Notes under the pieces: generated by a model
Database searches by the model: none
Seen by the model: only the letters and a program-made list of their open reading frames with translations
What the model was told of the DNA's origin: nothing
Source of the DNA: Octopus sinensis
Lineage: Eukaryota
DNA: 57,218 nucleotides
Direction: 5' to 3'
Assembly (NCBI RefSeq): GCF_006345805.1
Contig: NW_021833830.1
Location: 1-57,218, forward strand
Part shown: one piece after another, positions 12,364 through 24,898 of the stretch
How positions within the stretch are numbered: position 1 is the first letter of the stretch
How the letters are laid out: the number at the start of each line of letters is the position of its first letter
Translations under genes and position numbers: made by a program

Positions 12364-13225
12364 ATGGTAGGAGTGATGGTGGTGATGTTGGTGGTGGTGG
12401 TGGTAGGAGTGATGGTGGTGGTGGTGGTGGTGAAAACCTGACAAAGAGGCCTACATGAAAACTGATGACTCAGAGGAATTCAGGGTTGGAAATAAAAAAA
12501 TAGGAGGAGTGTGGAAGGGGTGGGGAGGGGCCAGGAAGGATTGCCAGAGAGGAAAGAGAAGTCTGTTTGCTGCTATTCAGGGGTTTGGCAGTGAGGGTGG
12601 TCCTCCAGGTTGTGATGGTGGCAGCAGTGGTTGGTGATGATGGTAGTGGAGGAGAAGGGAGGGAGGGCGGAGGGGAGGGAAGCTTATGTTGATGGTAGTG
12701 GGGGTGGTGGGGATGATAGTGGAGAGAGAGAGACAGAGAGAGCCTAGTAGTGATGGTGGTGGTGGTGACGACGACGACGATGATGATGATGATGATGGTG
12801 GTGGTGGTAGTGCTGGTGGTAGTGCTGGTGGTGGTGCTGGTGGTGATGATGATGATGGTGATGATGATGGTGGTGATGATGATAGTGATGGTGATGGTGG
12901 TGGTGGTGGTGGTGATGATGATGATATTGGTGATGATGATGATGTGATGATGGTGGTAGTAGTGGTGATGATGATGATGGTGGTGGTGGTGGTGTGGTGG
13001 TGGTGATGGTGATGATGATGATGATGATGGTTATGATGATGATTTTGATGATGGTGGTGGTGGCAGTTGAGGGAATAGTGACAATGAAAATGGGTGAGAG
13101 AGATGAGTATTCATGGTGGTGGTGGTGGAGACAGTGATGTGGGTAATGGGAGGTCATTAGGTACACCCTGACCTACCACTACCACCACCACCACCACCAC
13201 CACCACCACCACAACCAATAACCCT
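12244..13225. repeat. (TGG/TGA)n trinucleotide tracts with a short inverted (ACC)n tract at the end
   Basis: Direct reading; source of the poly-H/D/G ORFs. Confidence 0.9.
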
Positions 13226-13635
13226 GTTAAGAGGAAGAGTGTGAACAAAGGAAGAAGGTCAGTCAGATCACTGTAAAAAAAAAAGGAGAGGTCAGGTCAG
13301 GTCACAAGGTCATGACCTGATGTCCCTTTTCCCTCCTCTACCAATCTCCCTTCCCCCTCCCTGCCATGGTTGTATCTTGTTCCTATCAATTTCCTTTCTG
13401 GAACCTGTTTTCATTCATGAAGGGACCATAAGGATAAGTCTACCTAAGCAGCAAGGTTTCTGTTTGAGAGGTAACTAAATGCAGTAATTGGTCCCTACTG
13501 ATACCCGGGGCCCATTGACTGTCCCAATAATAAAAATGCTCCTTTCTGCTATAGGCACAAGGCCTGAAATTTTTTGGGGAAAAGGATAAATTGATTACAT
13601 CAACCCCAAAATGTCAACACACACACTATATATAT

Positions 13636-14022
13636 ACTCTTTTACTCTTTTACTTGTTTCAGTCATTTGACTGTGGCCATGCTGGAGCACCGCCTTTAGT
13701 CGAGCAAATCGACCCCCCAGGACTTATTCTTTGTAAGCCCAGTACTTATTCTATCGGTTCTTTTTGCTGAACTGCTAAGTGACGGGGATGTAAACACACC
13801 AGCATCGGTTATCAAGCAATGCTAGGACAAACATATACACACAGACACATACATATATACGACGGGCTTCTTTCAGTTTACGTCTACCAAATCCACTCAT
13901 AAGGCTTTGGTTGGCCTGGGGCTATAGCAGAAGACACTTGCACAAGGTGCCATGCAGTGGGACTGAACCCGGAACCATGTGGTTGGTAAGCAAGCTACTT
14001 ACCACACAGCCACTCCTGCGCC
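13636..14022 (-). mobile_element. SINE family A
   Basis: Reverse complement of family A. Confidence 0.9.
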
Positions 14023-14046
14023 TATATATGTGTATATAATATATAT

Positions 14047-14077
<31 letters not shown>

Positions 14078-14331
14078 TATGTATGTATGTATATATATAT
14101 ATATACACACACACATGTGTATATATGTATAGTGAGGGTTATTATTAAAGAACCCCCCCAAACCATAGCAATGAACCCCCCCCCCCAAACCGTAGCAATG
14201 AACCAAAGCCCAAACCGCTCCAATGGTATGCTCCCCTTTATATATTTTTTTACCTTTTTCTTTCGTAAAAGAATTTTTCTTACTGTAAACGAACCCCTAA
14301 AAATGTTCTGGTGACCCTTTGTATTTGGCAG

Positions 14332-14385
14332 CCCCCATTGAAGAGAAAAGCTGAGGATGTGCCAAGTGAGAGTGGGAAAGTTGCG
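14332..14385 (+). CDS. Putative internal coding exon PPLKRKAEDVPSESGKVA (NLS-like KRK)
   Basis: Acceptor CCTTTGTATTTGGCAG|, donor GCG|GTAAGT, 54 nt, phase 0-0, compatible with exon 3409-3456. Confidence 0.55.
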
Positions 14386-14623
14386 GTAAGTTTTAACTAA
14401 TTCTGCCTACGTTTCTTGGTTGGCTTTGGCGGGGGCTTCACCCCCCAACACAAACATTAAAAAAAAAATTAGAAAAAGGGGTTTTAAAAAAATAAAAGGT
14501 AAAAGATGTTCGCTTTGCTCTGGCCTTTTGCCTTCATGCTGGCTCTTTCGTTGGGTTTTGGCTGCTGTTTTTTGCTTTGTTTCATGCTTCGTTATTGCTC
14601 TACCATTTACTCCATCAATACAG

Positions 14624-14761
14624 TTATCATCGCTGGCTCTTGCCCCCGCCTCCTGTACCGACCCCTTTTCTGGTGCCTTTGCACCTCAGTCTCTTGTCTG
14701 TCCTCAGCCCCACTCCCATCCCATTACTACCTCATTTCAAACCTGCCCCTTGGATATCTTG
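14624..14761 (+). CDS. Putative internal coding exon LSSLALAPASCTDPFSGAFAPQSLVCPQPHSHPITTSFQTCPLDIL
   Basis: Acceptor ...CATCAATACAG| after a pyrimidine-rich AG-free stretch, donor TTG|GTAACC, 138 nt, phase 0-0, higher GC than flanks. Confidence 0.4.
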
Positions 14762-15227
14762 GTAACCCATGAAACTTGCATGGCTCTTTTTTTCACTTTT
14801 TCTCTCCTTTTCTCTATAATGGTTTAAACACATATTTGATTCTATTTCTGTACTACCCACAAGGGGCTAAACATACAGAGGACAAACAAGGACACAGCAC
14901 ATCGCCCGATCCAGGAACTACAATCTGACAGAATTCTGCTTCGCGCATGGCATATAAACCCATTATAACTTTTTCTTATTTTTCATAAGATTTTTGCCAA
15001 TTTTGTATTCTATGCATGGAAATTCGTTTGACTGTGAAAAAGAAATTATTAAAAAATTTTTTGGAATTGATAAAAAAAAATCTTTTTCTTCAATTTTTTG
15101 GAATTTAAAAAAAATTCTTCAAAGTTCTTTTTTTTTATAATCAGTTTAAAACACAGAAAGTTGGTATTTTTGGCTTAAATCTCGGCAATAGAGACTATTA
15201 AATGTGTTTCTGGGAAACAAAGAAATA

Positions 15228-15895
15228 GGCGTAGGAGTGGCTGTGTGGTAAGTAGCTGACTTACTAACCACATGGTTCCGGGTTCAGTCCCACTGTGTGG
15301 CAATTTTGGGCAAGTGTCTTCTACTATAGCCTCAGGCCGACCAAAGCCTTGTGAGTGGATTTGGTAGACGGAAACTGAAAGAAGCCCGTCGTATATATAT
15401 GTTTGTGTGTCTGTGTTTGTCCCTCTAGCATCGTTTGATAACTGATACCTGTGTGTTTACGTCCCCGTCACTTAGCGGTTTGGCAAAAGAGACTGATAGA
15501 ATAAGTACTAGGCTCACAAAGAATAAGTCCTGGGGTCGATTTGGTCGACTAAAGGCGGTGCTCCAGCATGGCCACAGTCAAATGACTGAAACAAGTAAAA
15601 GAGTAAACTTAGCAATTCGGCAAAACAGATCGATAGAATAAGTACTGGGCTTACAAAGAATAAGTCCTGGGGGGGGGGGTCGGGCGTGGTCGACTAAAGG
15701 CGGTGCTCCAGCATGGCCGCAGTCAAATGACTGAAACAAGTAAAAGAGTAAACTTAGCAATTCGGCAAAACAGATCGATAGAATAAGTACTGGGCTTACA
15801 AAGAATAAGTCCTGGGGGGGGGGGTGTCGATTTGGTCGACTAAAGGCGGTGCTCCAGCATGGCCGCAGTCAAATGACTGAAACAAGTAAAAGAGT
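15228..15895 (+). mobile_element. SINE family A with two extra tandem copies of its 3' ~144 bp
   Basis: AAACTTAGCAATTCGGCAAAACAGATCG recurs at ~15605 and ~15749. Confidence 0.85.
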
Positions 15896-16214
15896 ACAGT
15901 AGAAAGTGTAAATGAAACCTCAAAACCGAATTCTGTAGGTTTTCTTTGCTGAAATTTATTTCAACGTGCGTACTGAGTTATTTCCCTTGAATCGTCTTTC
16001 TCAGAAATTTAACCAGCAAAGAAAAACCAGCAGAAATAGTTTTTCAGGTTTCCATTTTACCCTTTCTCCTCTACTCTTTTACTTGTTTCAGTCATTTGAC
16101 TGTGGCCATGCTGGAGCACCGCCTTTGGTGATATACTGTGCTGGAGAAGACCTGCCAAGCCAAGAAAAATCGTAGTCATTGTTGATGTTTGTGTCATCAC
16201 GCATATACCATACC

Positions 16215-16760
16215 TAATAATATATATATCACATGTATATATATATATATATATATATTATCATGTATATATATATATATATATATATCATGTATATATA
16301 TATATATATCATGTATATATATATATCATGTATATATATATATATATCATGTATATATATATATGATAGATATATCATGTATATATATATATATCATGTA
16401 TATATGTATATGATAGATATATCATGTATATATATATATATATCATGTATATATATATATATATCATGTATATATTATATATATCATATATCACATGACC
16501 GACCAGACCATCAGATGTTGTTACACATCGCTGGTCACAATGCGTTCACACTGTTTTAGGCCTTTCGAATGACGCCCCCGCCCGCGATGATAACACATTA
16601 TATATATATATATCATATATCATTATATATATATATATAATCATATATTATATATATATATATATATATCATATATCATGATATATATATATCACATGTA
16701 TGTATATCATGATATATATATATCACATGTATGTATGTATATATATATATGTGTGTGTGT
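16215..16760. repeat. (TA)nTCATG-type compound microsatellite with an embedded family C SINE tail (~16490-16590)
   Basis: Direct reading; tail matches the 27500-27580 region. Confidence 0.8.
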
Positions 16761-17192
16761 GTGATATTTTGATCATGAAATTAGCATTATCTTATCTCAC
16801 TCTTTCTCGTAGAACCCTAGTGACCTTTTGCGGTACCCTAGGGCTCAGGTGAACCCCGGTTGAGACACACTGGTCTAACTCCGGCCAACATGGAAAGTAG
16901 ACTTAAATGAGGACAGTACATATAATCAATGGTCATTTCATAATCAATGGTCATTTCATATTCTTCTTTTACGAGAGCCAGTTTGGTTTACAGCTGTTCC
17001 CAGCGGTCATTGGAGGCACATTATTAAAAGGTTTACTTAATTGATCTATTGAACACCCAAGAAAAGTTGAATGACTTGAAATTTAACCAGAAATGACTTT
17101 GAGAGAAGCAGTATTCATTTTTTAGTTTGTTTTTTCAACAGATCAATAGACCAATTAAGAAAGTCTGTCTGTTATAATATACGCAAGATTCA

Positions 17193-17606
17193 GATCTTTT
17201 CGGTTTGAACGGCAGTTTTTTCTAGTGGTGTCATATGAAATTGTCACCCATAATTATGACCCTAGTATTGATCTATTGCATTTCAATCTGTTTTAGGGTT
17301 AGGGATGGGGGAAGGGTATCTTTTTTTTCTTCACAAATGTAAATAAACCTAATCTGTTTCTTAAACGAGGGACATATTCATATGGCACAGAATTTTTTTT
17401 TTACCTCAATAGACGTCATTGATTGGTTGAAATTGCAGAAATTGAAGAAAAAAAAAACAACAGATATCCTACAAACTCTAGAATTTTCTCAAGAAATCCA
17501 AGAGAAAAAGATGTTTTATAAACACATTCTACCAGTATACGAAGTTTTAAATTTTTTAGTTACGTGGAATTTATTTTTAAAAACTGCCGTTCAAACCGAA
17601 AAGATC
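17193..17606. mobile_element. MITE with perfect 28-bp TIRs
   Basis: GATCTTTTCGGTTTGAACGGCAGTTTTT at 17193; exact reverse complement ends at 17606; second copy at 205-517. Confidence 0.85.
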
Positions 17607-17892
17607 CCAAAATTCTGTCTGCCTGTCCATCCAGGACCCCTGTGTCTCAGTCTATATTTGTTCTACATAGACATATTATACCTTTTTGGAATCAGGATGA
17701 TCCCAGGATTGAAAATCTGCCTTTCATTTGGGTCTTGAACATCCAGCATTGAGATCAGGCCCGGATGAGGATTTGTTATTTTCTATGAATTGAAAATTCA
17801 AATTTTAAAAGAAATCCAAATAATTCCTAAATTTATAAGTTATTCATTTAAACTGAATATAATAATAAATGGCCCTTTTCATCTATGCCGAT

Positions 17893-18490
17893 ACTCTTTA
17901 CTCTCTCTTTTACTCTTTTACTTGTTTCAGTCATGTGACTGTGGCCATGCTGGAGCACCGCCTTTAGCCGATCAAATCGACCCCCCCAGGACTTATTCTT
18001 TGTAAGCCTAGTACTTATTCTATCGGTCTCTTTTTTGCCGAACCGCTAAGTGACGGGGGACGTAAACACACCAACATCGGTTGTCAAGCAATGTTGGAGG
18101 GACAAACAGACACACAAACACGCACATACACATATATATATACATATACATATATATACGACGGGCTTCTTTCAGTTTCCGTCTACCAAATCCATTCACA
18201 AGGCTTTGGTCGGCCTGAGGCTATATAGTGGAAGACACTTGGTCAAGGTGCCACGCAGTGGGACTGAACCCGGAACCATGTGGTTGGTAAGCAAGCTACT
18301 TACCACACAGCCACTCCTACACCTATAATATATACGACAGGCTTCTTTCAGTTTCCGTCTACCAAATCCACTCACAAGGCTTTGGTCGGCCCGGGGCTAT
18401 AGCAAAAGACATTTGCCCAAGGTGCCACACAGTGGGACTGAACCTGGAACCATGTGGTTGGTAAGCAAGCTACTTACCACACAGCCCACT
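17893..18490 (-). mobile_element. SINE family A plus a duplicated head (18333-18490)
   Basis: Reverse complement of family A. Confidence 0.85.
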
Positions 18491-18499
18491 TAATCAAAC

Positions 18500-19000
18500 A
18501 TATCAGGGGCTCCCTTTCTTGCAGCTCCTTTCATGGCTGCTTCTTCCTATGATTGAAGCGCAGCTTCTGTCTCAGGACTTGCATACCAAGAGGATGCCTC
18601 GGAACTCAGCATTTCTGTTGTTTTCCTTTCGCCGCTGACCGTTTCTCAACTTGTTTGTCTCTGTAGCTGCTCCCTAGTGAAGCAGTTCCTTCCTTCACCA
18701 CAGTCCTCCATGTTGTTCTGTCCTCAGCCCTCTCTTCCCCAAATGCCGACATCCTCCTCAGACCTGGATTAACTGGTTTTGCAAGTGCCCTTATACATCA
18801 ATTTTGGTCTTCCTCTTGGTCTCTTGCTCTGGGCCAGTTCTCCATAGAGCACTTGCTTCAGGATTCGATGGTCATTCGTTCTCCTGACATGCCCCAGCCA
18901 CCTCAGTCTTCTCATACACAAGATAGCGGTCATGTTGTGAAGATTCGCCTGGGCCAGCACTTCAACATTGGTGACCTTGTGGTGCCATGTTAGGCCTAAG
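18500..19000 (-). mobile_element. RTE-clade LINE 3' fragment with a C-terminal zinc-finger remnant
   Basis: RRLRWLGHVRR...LYGEL...RPRGRPKL, followed by decayed CKS*DRSCASIIGRSSHERSC. Confidence 0.8.
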
Positions 19001-19079
19001 ATCTTTATACATATTTTTAACTGAATGTGAATTCGTGATCAGGAGTTTGTTAACTTCCATAAAATTTTTTTATTTATTT

Positions 19080-19379
19080 ACTATCCGAACGTGGCCGTTG
19101 CCAGCGCCGCCCCGACTGGCCTCCGCACTGGTGGCACGTAAAAAGCACCAACCGATTGTGGCCGTTTGCCAGCCTCCCCTGGTCCCTGTGCCGGTGGCAC
19201 GTAAAAAGCACCCACTACACTCATGGAATGGTTGGCGTTAGGAAGGGCATCCAGCTGTAGAAACACTGCCAGATCAGACTGGAGCCTGGTGCAGCCTCCT
19301 GGTTTCCCAGACCCCAGTTAAACCGTCCAACCCATGCTAGCATGGAGAACGGACGCTAAACGATGATGATGATGATGAT
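19080..19379 (+). mobile_element. SINE-like family B ((ATG)n tail)
   Basis: GTGGCACGTAAAAAGCACC repeats, TTGGCGTTAGGAAGGGCATCCAG core, CCAACCCATGCTAGCATGG, (GAT)n tail. Other + copies at ~35990-36405, 39300-39532, 48600-48942, 52275-52525, 53925-54178. Confidence 0.85.
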
Positions 19380-19426
19380 ACTTTTGATTTAAAGTGAAAG
19401 ATGTGTGTACTTGTATATGAAATGGA

Positions 19427-19831
19427 TACTCTTTACTCTTTTACTTGTTTCAGTCATTTGACTGCGGCCATGCTGGAGCACCGCCTTTAATCGAGCAACT
19501 CGACCCTGGTATTTATTCTTTTGTAAGCCCAGTACTTATTCTCTTGGTCTCTTTTGCCGAACCGCTAAGTGACGGGGACATAAACACACCAGCATCGGTT
19601 GTCAAGCAATGTTAGGGGGACAAACACACAAACACACACACACATACATATATATATATCCATATATACGACAGGTTTCTTTCAGTTTCCGTCTACCAAA
19701 TTCCCTCACAAGGCATTGGTCGGCCCGGGGCTATAGCAGAAGACACTTGCCCAAGATGCCACGCAGTGGGACTGAACCCAGAACCATGTGGTTGGTTAGC
19801 AAGCTACTTACCACACAGCCACTCCTGCGCC
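19427..19831 (-). mobile_element. SINE family A
   Basis: Reverse complement of family A. Confidence 0.9.
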
Positions 19832-20287
19832 TATATGCGTACATCCTTTTTGTATGTACATGCACATGTGTGTGAGAGAGGGAGAGAGAAAGTGTGTGTG
19901 TGAGTGAGTGAACGTGTGTGTTCTCATGTACATGTAAGTGGCACACACACACACACACACGCACGCTCTTTCTCTCTCTCCCCGTCACACACACACATTA
20001 TCATTTCATATACACGTTCATACGTCTGTCCCTTTCTCCTGTCTTTCACTTTAGAGCAAATGTAACAGGTGATTTTCAGGATAAAAATTGTTTTAAAAAA
20101 ACTTTCTAATCATGTAAATTGATTAGTATTGTTTGGATAGTTCCAATTAAATAAGTCCAGAAGTTAGATTAAATATATTCACAGGCGTAAGTACCGTGAA
20201 TTCCCATTCTACAAACAGCAGCTTGTTTACCAACCACATGGTTCCGGGTTCAGTCCCACTGCGTGGTGGCATGTTGGGCAAGTGTCT

Positions 20288-20483
20288 TCTACTATAGAGG
20301 CGCAGGAGTGGCTGTGTGGTAAGTAGCTTGTTTACCAACCACATGGTTCCGGGTTCAGTCCCACTGCATGGCACCTTGGGCAAGTGTCTTCTACTATAGC
20401 CTCGGGCCGACCAAAGCCTTGTGAGTGGATTTGGTAGAGGGAAACTGAAAGAAGCCTGTCGTATATATGTGTGCGTGATATAT

Positions 20484-20542
<59 letters not shown>

Positions 20543-20731
20543 CACACACCACATATATATATATATATATATAAGAGAGAGAAGAGAGAGAGATCAATAA
20601 CTGGTGGGGTTGTGTTGACTGCACGTGGAGAAATGATAAGCAAGGAAAATTGTAAAAAGGCAGAGGCTAAATTGAAAGAAAATTTCTTTCAATTTAGCAT
20701 TCTGCCTTTTTACAATTTTCTTTGCCTATAT

Positions 20732-20767
<36 letters not shown>

Positions 20768-21000
20768 GCATGTGTCTGTGTGTGTGTTTGTATGTCTGTG
20801 TTTGTCCCCCTAGCATTGCTTGACAACCGATGCTGGTGTGTCTATGTCCCCTGTTACTTAGCGGATCGGCAAAAGAGACCGATAGAATAAGTACTGGGCT
20901 TACAAAAGAATAAATCCCGGGGCCGATATGCTCGATTAAAGGCAGTGCTCCAGCATGGCCACAGTCAATGACTGAAACAAGTAAAAGAGTAAGAGTAAAG
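20288..21000 (+). mobile_element. SINE family A split by an insertion in its internal microsatellite; preceded by an inverted head fragment (20220-20287)
   Basis: Head at 20288-20465, tail at ~20765-21000. Confidence 0.85.
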
Positions 21001-21074
21001 AGTAATTCCGTGAATACATTACTGGGCACCGCTGGGTAGTAAGTCTACTATATATATTTGTGTCTTTATATATC

Positions 21075-21123
<49 letters not shown>

Positions 21124-21128
21124 TATAT

Positions 21129-21440
21129 CTAGCAGTATCGCCCGGCGTTGCTCGGGTTTGTAAGGGAAATAACTATATAAGCATTTTTAGAGAGTTACTT
21201 CCCTGATATAAACCCAGCAAATAATGCATTAAAAATGCGAAAAAATGATGGTAAATTTTTTTTTTAAATTGTAGACTCATCGTAGATGCGTGCTAATGAC
21301 CAGAAGGGCTCGATATGAATCACGTCTATAAGATACCCGCTTTTGGTTAAACTGCACTGCAAAATGTGGGAGTAGTTAGGAATCTAAATCAGAGGAGACA
21401 GACTCTCACAAACACAACTTCAGTTTTATGTATAAAGATA
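21129..21440 (-). mobile_element. Non-autonomous Helitron-like element
   Basis: Minus strand reads TC(T)TTATA...CCCGAGCAACGCCGGGCGATACTGCTAG: 5' TC, 3' hairpin plus CTAG. Confidence 0.8.
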
Positions 21441-21563
21441 TATATATATATATTTATATTATATTGAGGGTACTACTATTCGTAGATTTTACGGATTTTT
21501 TCTCTTACGAGGTTTTTCACGCTGACTACTGATAATTTCTTTTAAAGATTTTATCCTCAATTG

Positions 21564-21606
<43 letters not shown>

Positions 21607-22006
21607 TATATATACTAACTTATAAAGAAGGACAAAAAAAAAAGTCTAATGCCAAATATGCTGAAAATAAACAAATCGTCAATAACCATATAATTTATCA
21701 CTATAAGCACACGTCTCGAAGTAAGCTGACAGAAATTTCTAAAGAATTCCGTTATTATCATATTGGTCCCAATTTCAGAGTTAATTCATAAGAAGTTTCT
21801 CCTCGTCAGCGATAAATACGGTAAGAAATAAATGAAATACTTACTTATACCCATGGAAGAAGCAAACACTAAGTCATGAGCAGAATTAAGTACCCCAAAT
21901 ATATCCAAATATATAGAAATTCTCCAGAACACCTCGAGACACATGCGATTGGACTGAAAACTCTCATAGAGTGAGAGAGTCCGGAAGTGAACACTATTAA
22001 ATTTAC

Positions 22007-22319
22007 ATCTAATCTTTATATATAAAATTGAAGTTGTGTGTGTGAGACTCTGTCTCCTCTGATTTAGATTCCTAACTACTCTCACATTTTGCAGTGCAGT
22101 TTAACCAAAAGCGGGTATCTTATAGTCGTCATTCATATCGAGCCCTTCTGGGTATTAGCGCGCGTCTACGATGAGTCTACGATTAAAAAAAATATTTACC
22201 ATCATTTTTCCGCATTTTTAATGATTTTTGCTCGGGTTATATAAGGTAAGTTACTCTCTAAAAATGCTTATATAGTTATTTCCCTTACAAACCCGAGCAA
22301 CGCTGGGCGATACTGCTAG
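22007..22319 (+). mobile_element. Non-autonomous Helitron-like element, same family as 21129-21440, inverted
   Basis: Ends CCCGAGCAACGCTGGGCGATACTGCTAG|T. Confidence 0.8.
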
Positions 22320-22644
22320 TATAGGATAAAATTTTTTGAAAAAAATTCTATCAATGGCCAGCATATTAAAAAATACCTTTAATGGTTAAATTTATTGAAA
22401 GATTTTATCCTATATCAGATGTATTTTTAATAGTGTTCACTTCCAGACTCTCTCACTCTATGAGAGTTTTCAGTCTGATCGCATGTTATTGACGATTTGT
22501 CTATAATATGGTTATGCCTATTATATGATTATTAACGATTTGTGTATTTTCGGCATATTTGGCATTAGAACTTTTTTCTTTTGCCCTTGTTTATAAATTT
22601 AACCTTTAAAGGTATTTTTTAATATGCTGGCTCTTGATAGAATT

Positions 22645-22655
22645 AGATGTGTGTG

Positions 22656-22688
<33 letters not shown>

Positions 22689-22706
22689 ATATTTATATGT
22701 GTGTAT

Positions 22707-22739
<33 letters not shown>

Positions 22740-23011
22740 GTATGTGTGTGTGTGTGTGTGTGTATGTATGTGTGTGTGTCTGTGTGTGTATGTATATGTA
22801 TGTGCATGTATATATATATATGTATATATGTATGTGTGTATGTATATATATATATATGTATATATATGTGTATGTATATATATATACATATTGCCTTCGT
22901 CTTTTGTTTATTTTCATAAAGCTTCCCGTTATATATATGTATATATGTATGTGTGTATGTATATATATATGTATATATGTATGTGTGTATGTATATATAT
23001 ATGTATATATG

Positions 23012-23043
<32 letters not shown>

Positions 23044-23601
23044 TATATATGGTATGTATATATATGTGTTGTATACATATATATATGTATGTATATATGT
23101 GTATGTATACATATATATATATATGTATGTATATATATATGTGTATGTATATATATATCTATATGTATGTATATATATGTGTATGTATATATTATGTGTA
23201 TGTATATATATAATATATGTATGTATATATGTGTATGTATATATATATATATGTATGTATATATATGTGTATGTATATATATATATATATGTATGTATAT
23301 ATATGTGTATGTATATATATATATATATATGTATGTATATATATGTGTATGTATATATATATATATATGTATGTATATATATGTGTATGTATATATATAT
23401 ATATATGTATGTATATATGTGTATGTATATATATATATATGTATGTATATATATGTGTATGTATATATATATATGATGTATATATTGTATGTATATATAT
23501 ATCTATATGTATGTATATATATGTGTATGTATATATATATATATGGTATATGTGTATGTATATATATGTATATATGTATGTGTGTATGTATATATGTGTG
23601 T

Positions 23602-23632
<31 letters not shown>

Positions 23633-23919
23633 TATGTATATATCTATATATATATATGTATAGTATGTGTATGTATATATGTATATATGTTATGTATATA
23701 TATATATATTGTATATATATTTGTATGTATATAGTATATAATGTATATATATGTGTATGTATATATATATATATATGTATATATATGTGTATGTATATAT
23801 ATATATGTATATATATGTGTATGTATATATATATATGTATATATATGTGTATGTATATATATATATATATGTATATATGTGTATGTATATATATATATAT
23901 ATGTATATATATGTGTATG

Positions 23920-23950
<31 letters not shown>

Positions 23951-23973
23951 GTGTATGTATATATATGTGTATG

Positions 23974-24004
<31 letters not shown>

Positions 24005-24062
24005 GTGTATGTATATATATGTGTATGTATATATATATATATGTGTGTGCATGTGTATATGT
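22645..24062. repeat. ~1.4-kb compound (TA)/(TG) microsatellite
   Basis: Direct reading; source of the YI/CV ORFs. Confidence 0.95.
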
Positions 24063-24503
24063 GTAACGCCGGGCGATACTGCTAGTCTTTGATAGGAGGA
24101 GAAGCAGGACAGGCACCGGGTCCTGTGTTCTGATGCTTTGTTTTCCTAGAAAGCAAAGGAAATGTTGCATTGCTTCAGATTGCCTTATATATTTATATAT
24201 ATACTACGTTTCTGGGGCCCCACCACTACCACGAGTACCACCACACATCTTCCCCTTTTGGGTCCACAACCTTGGACATTCATCATGACTGTCACTAGCA
24301 CATATCCTGCCCTCCTGGGAGCACAGCCACTAACATTCATCTCAACCACCACTGACATTTACCACTACTACCCAACACCACACATCTTCCCCTCCTGGGG
24401 TCCACAATCACTGACATTTCTGAAACTGTATCTGAGGTTTGCATAAACGTTTGACCTTTAGCTTCATTAACTACAGAAACACACACACACACAAACACAT
24501 ACG

Positions 24504-24538
<35 letters not shown>

Positions 24539-24867
24539 ACATTTACAGGCCTCTCACACACATATACTTTATTAACGCACAACACATACACTTCATATGC
24601 GTACTCATACCCAAACACACATGCACATAACACACACACACACACATGGACATAGCGGGTGAGAGATGAGAACCCACGCACATACAGGCACAAACTTCAC
24701 ACACCCATATACAGAAATACTAATATATTGATCTATATATGTATATGTATGTGTGTGTGTGTATATAATATATATATATATATAATATATATTATATATA
24801 TATATATAATGATAAATCTCAGAGCGAGTTATAAACAGTAGCGGTAACACATCGTGATGCATATTTG

Positions 24868-24898
<31 letters not shown>

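Noticed and set aside
12229-13166. Poly-His/Asp/Gly ORFs
   Set aside because: Trinucleotide repeat tracts with no splice or complexity support.
17143-17190. Strong-looking acceptor TTTTTTCAACAG
   Set aside because: Followed by an early stop in phase 0; the sequence is one arm of a short inverted repeat with ~17037-17054.
22599-24170. Long ORFs of up to 480 aa (YI/CV-rich)
   Set aside because: Translations of (TA)/(TG) microsatellite; same for 16.2, 26.5, 32.0, 34.0-34.7, 36.5-37.2 and 55.2-56.1 kb.
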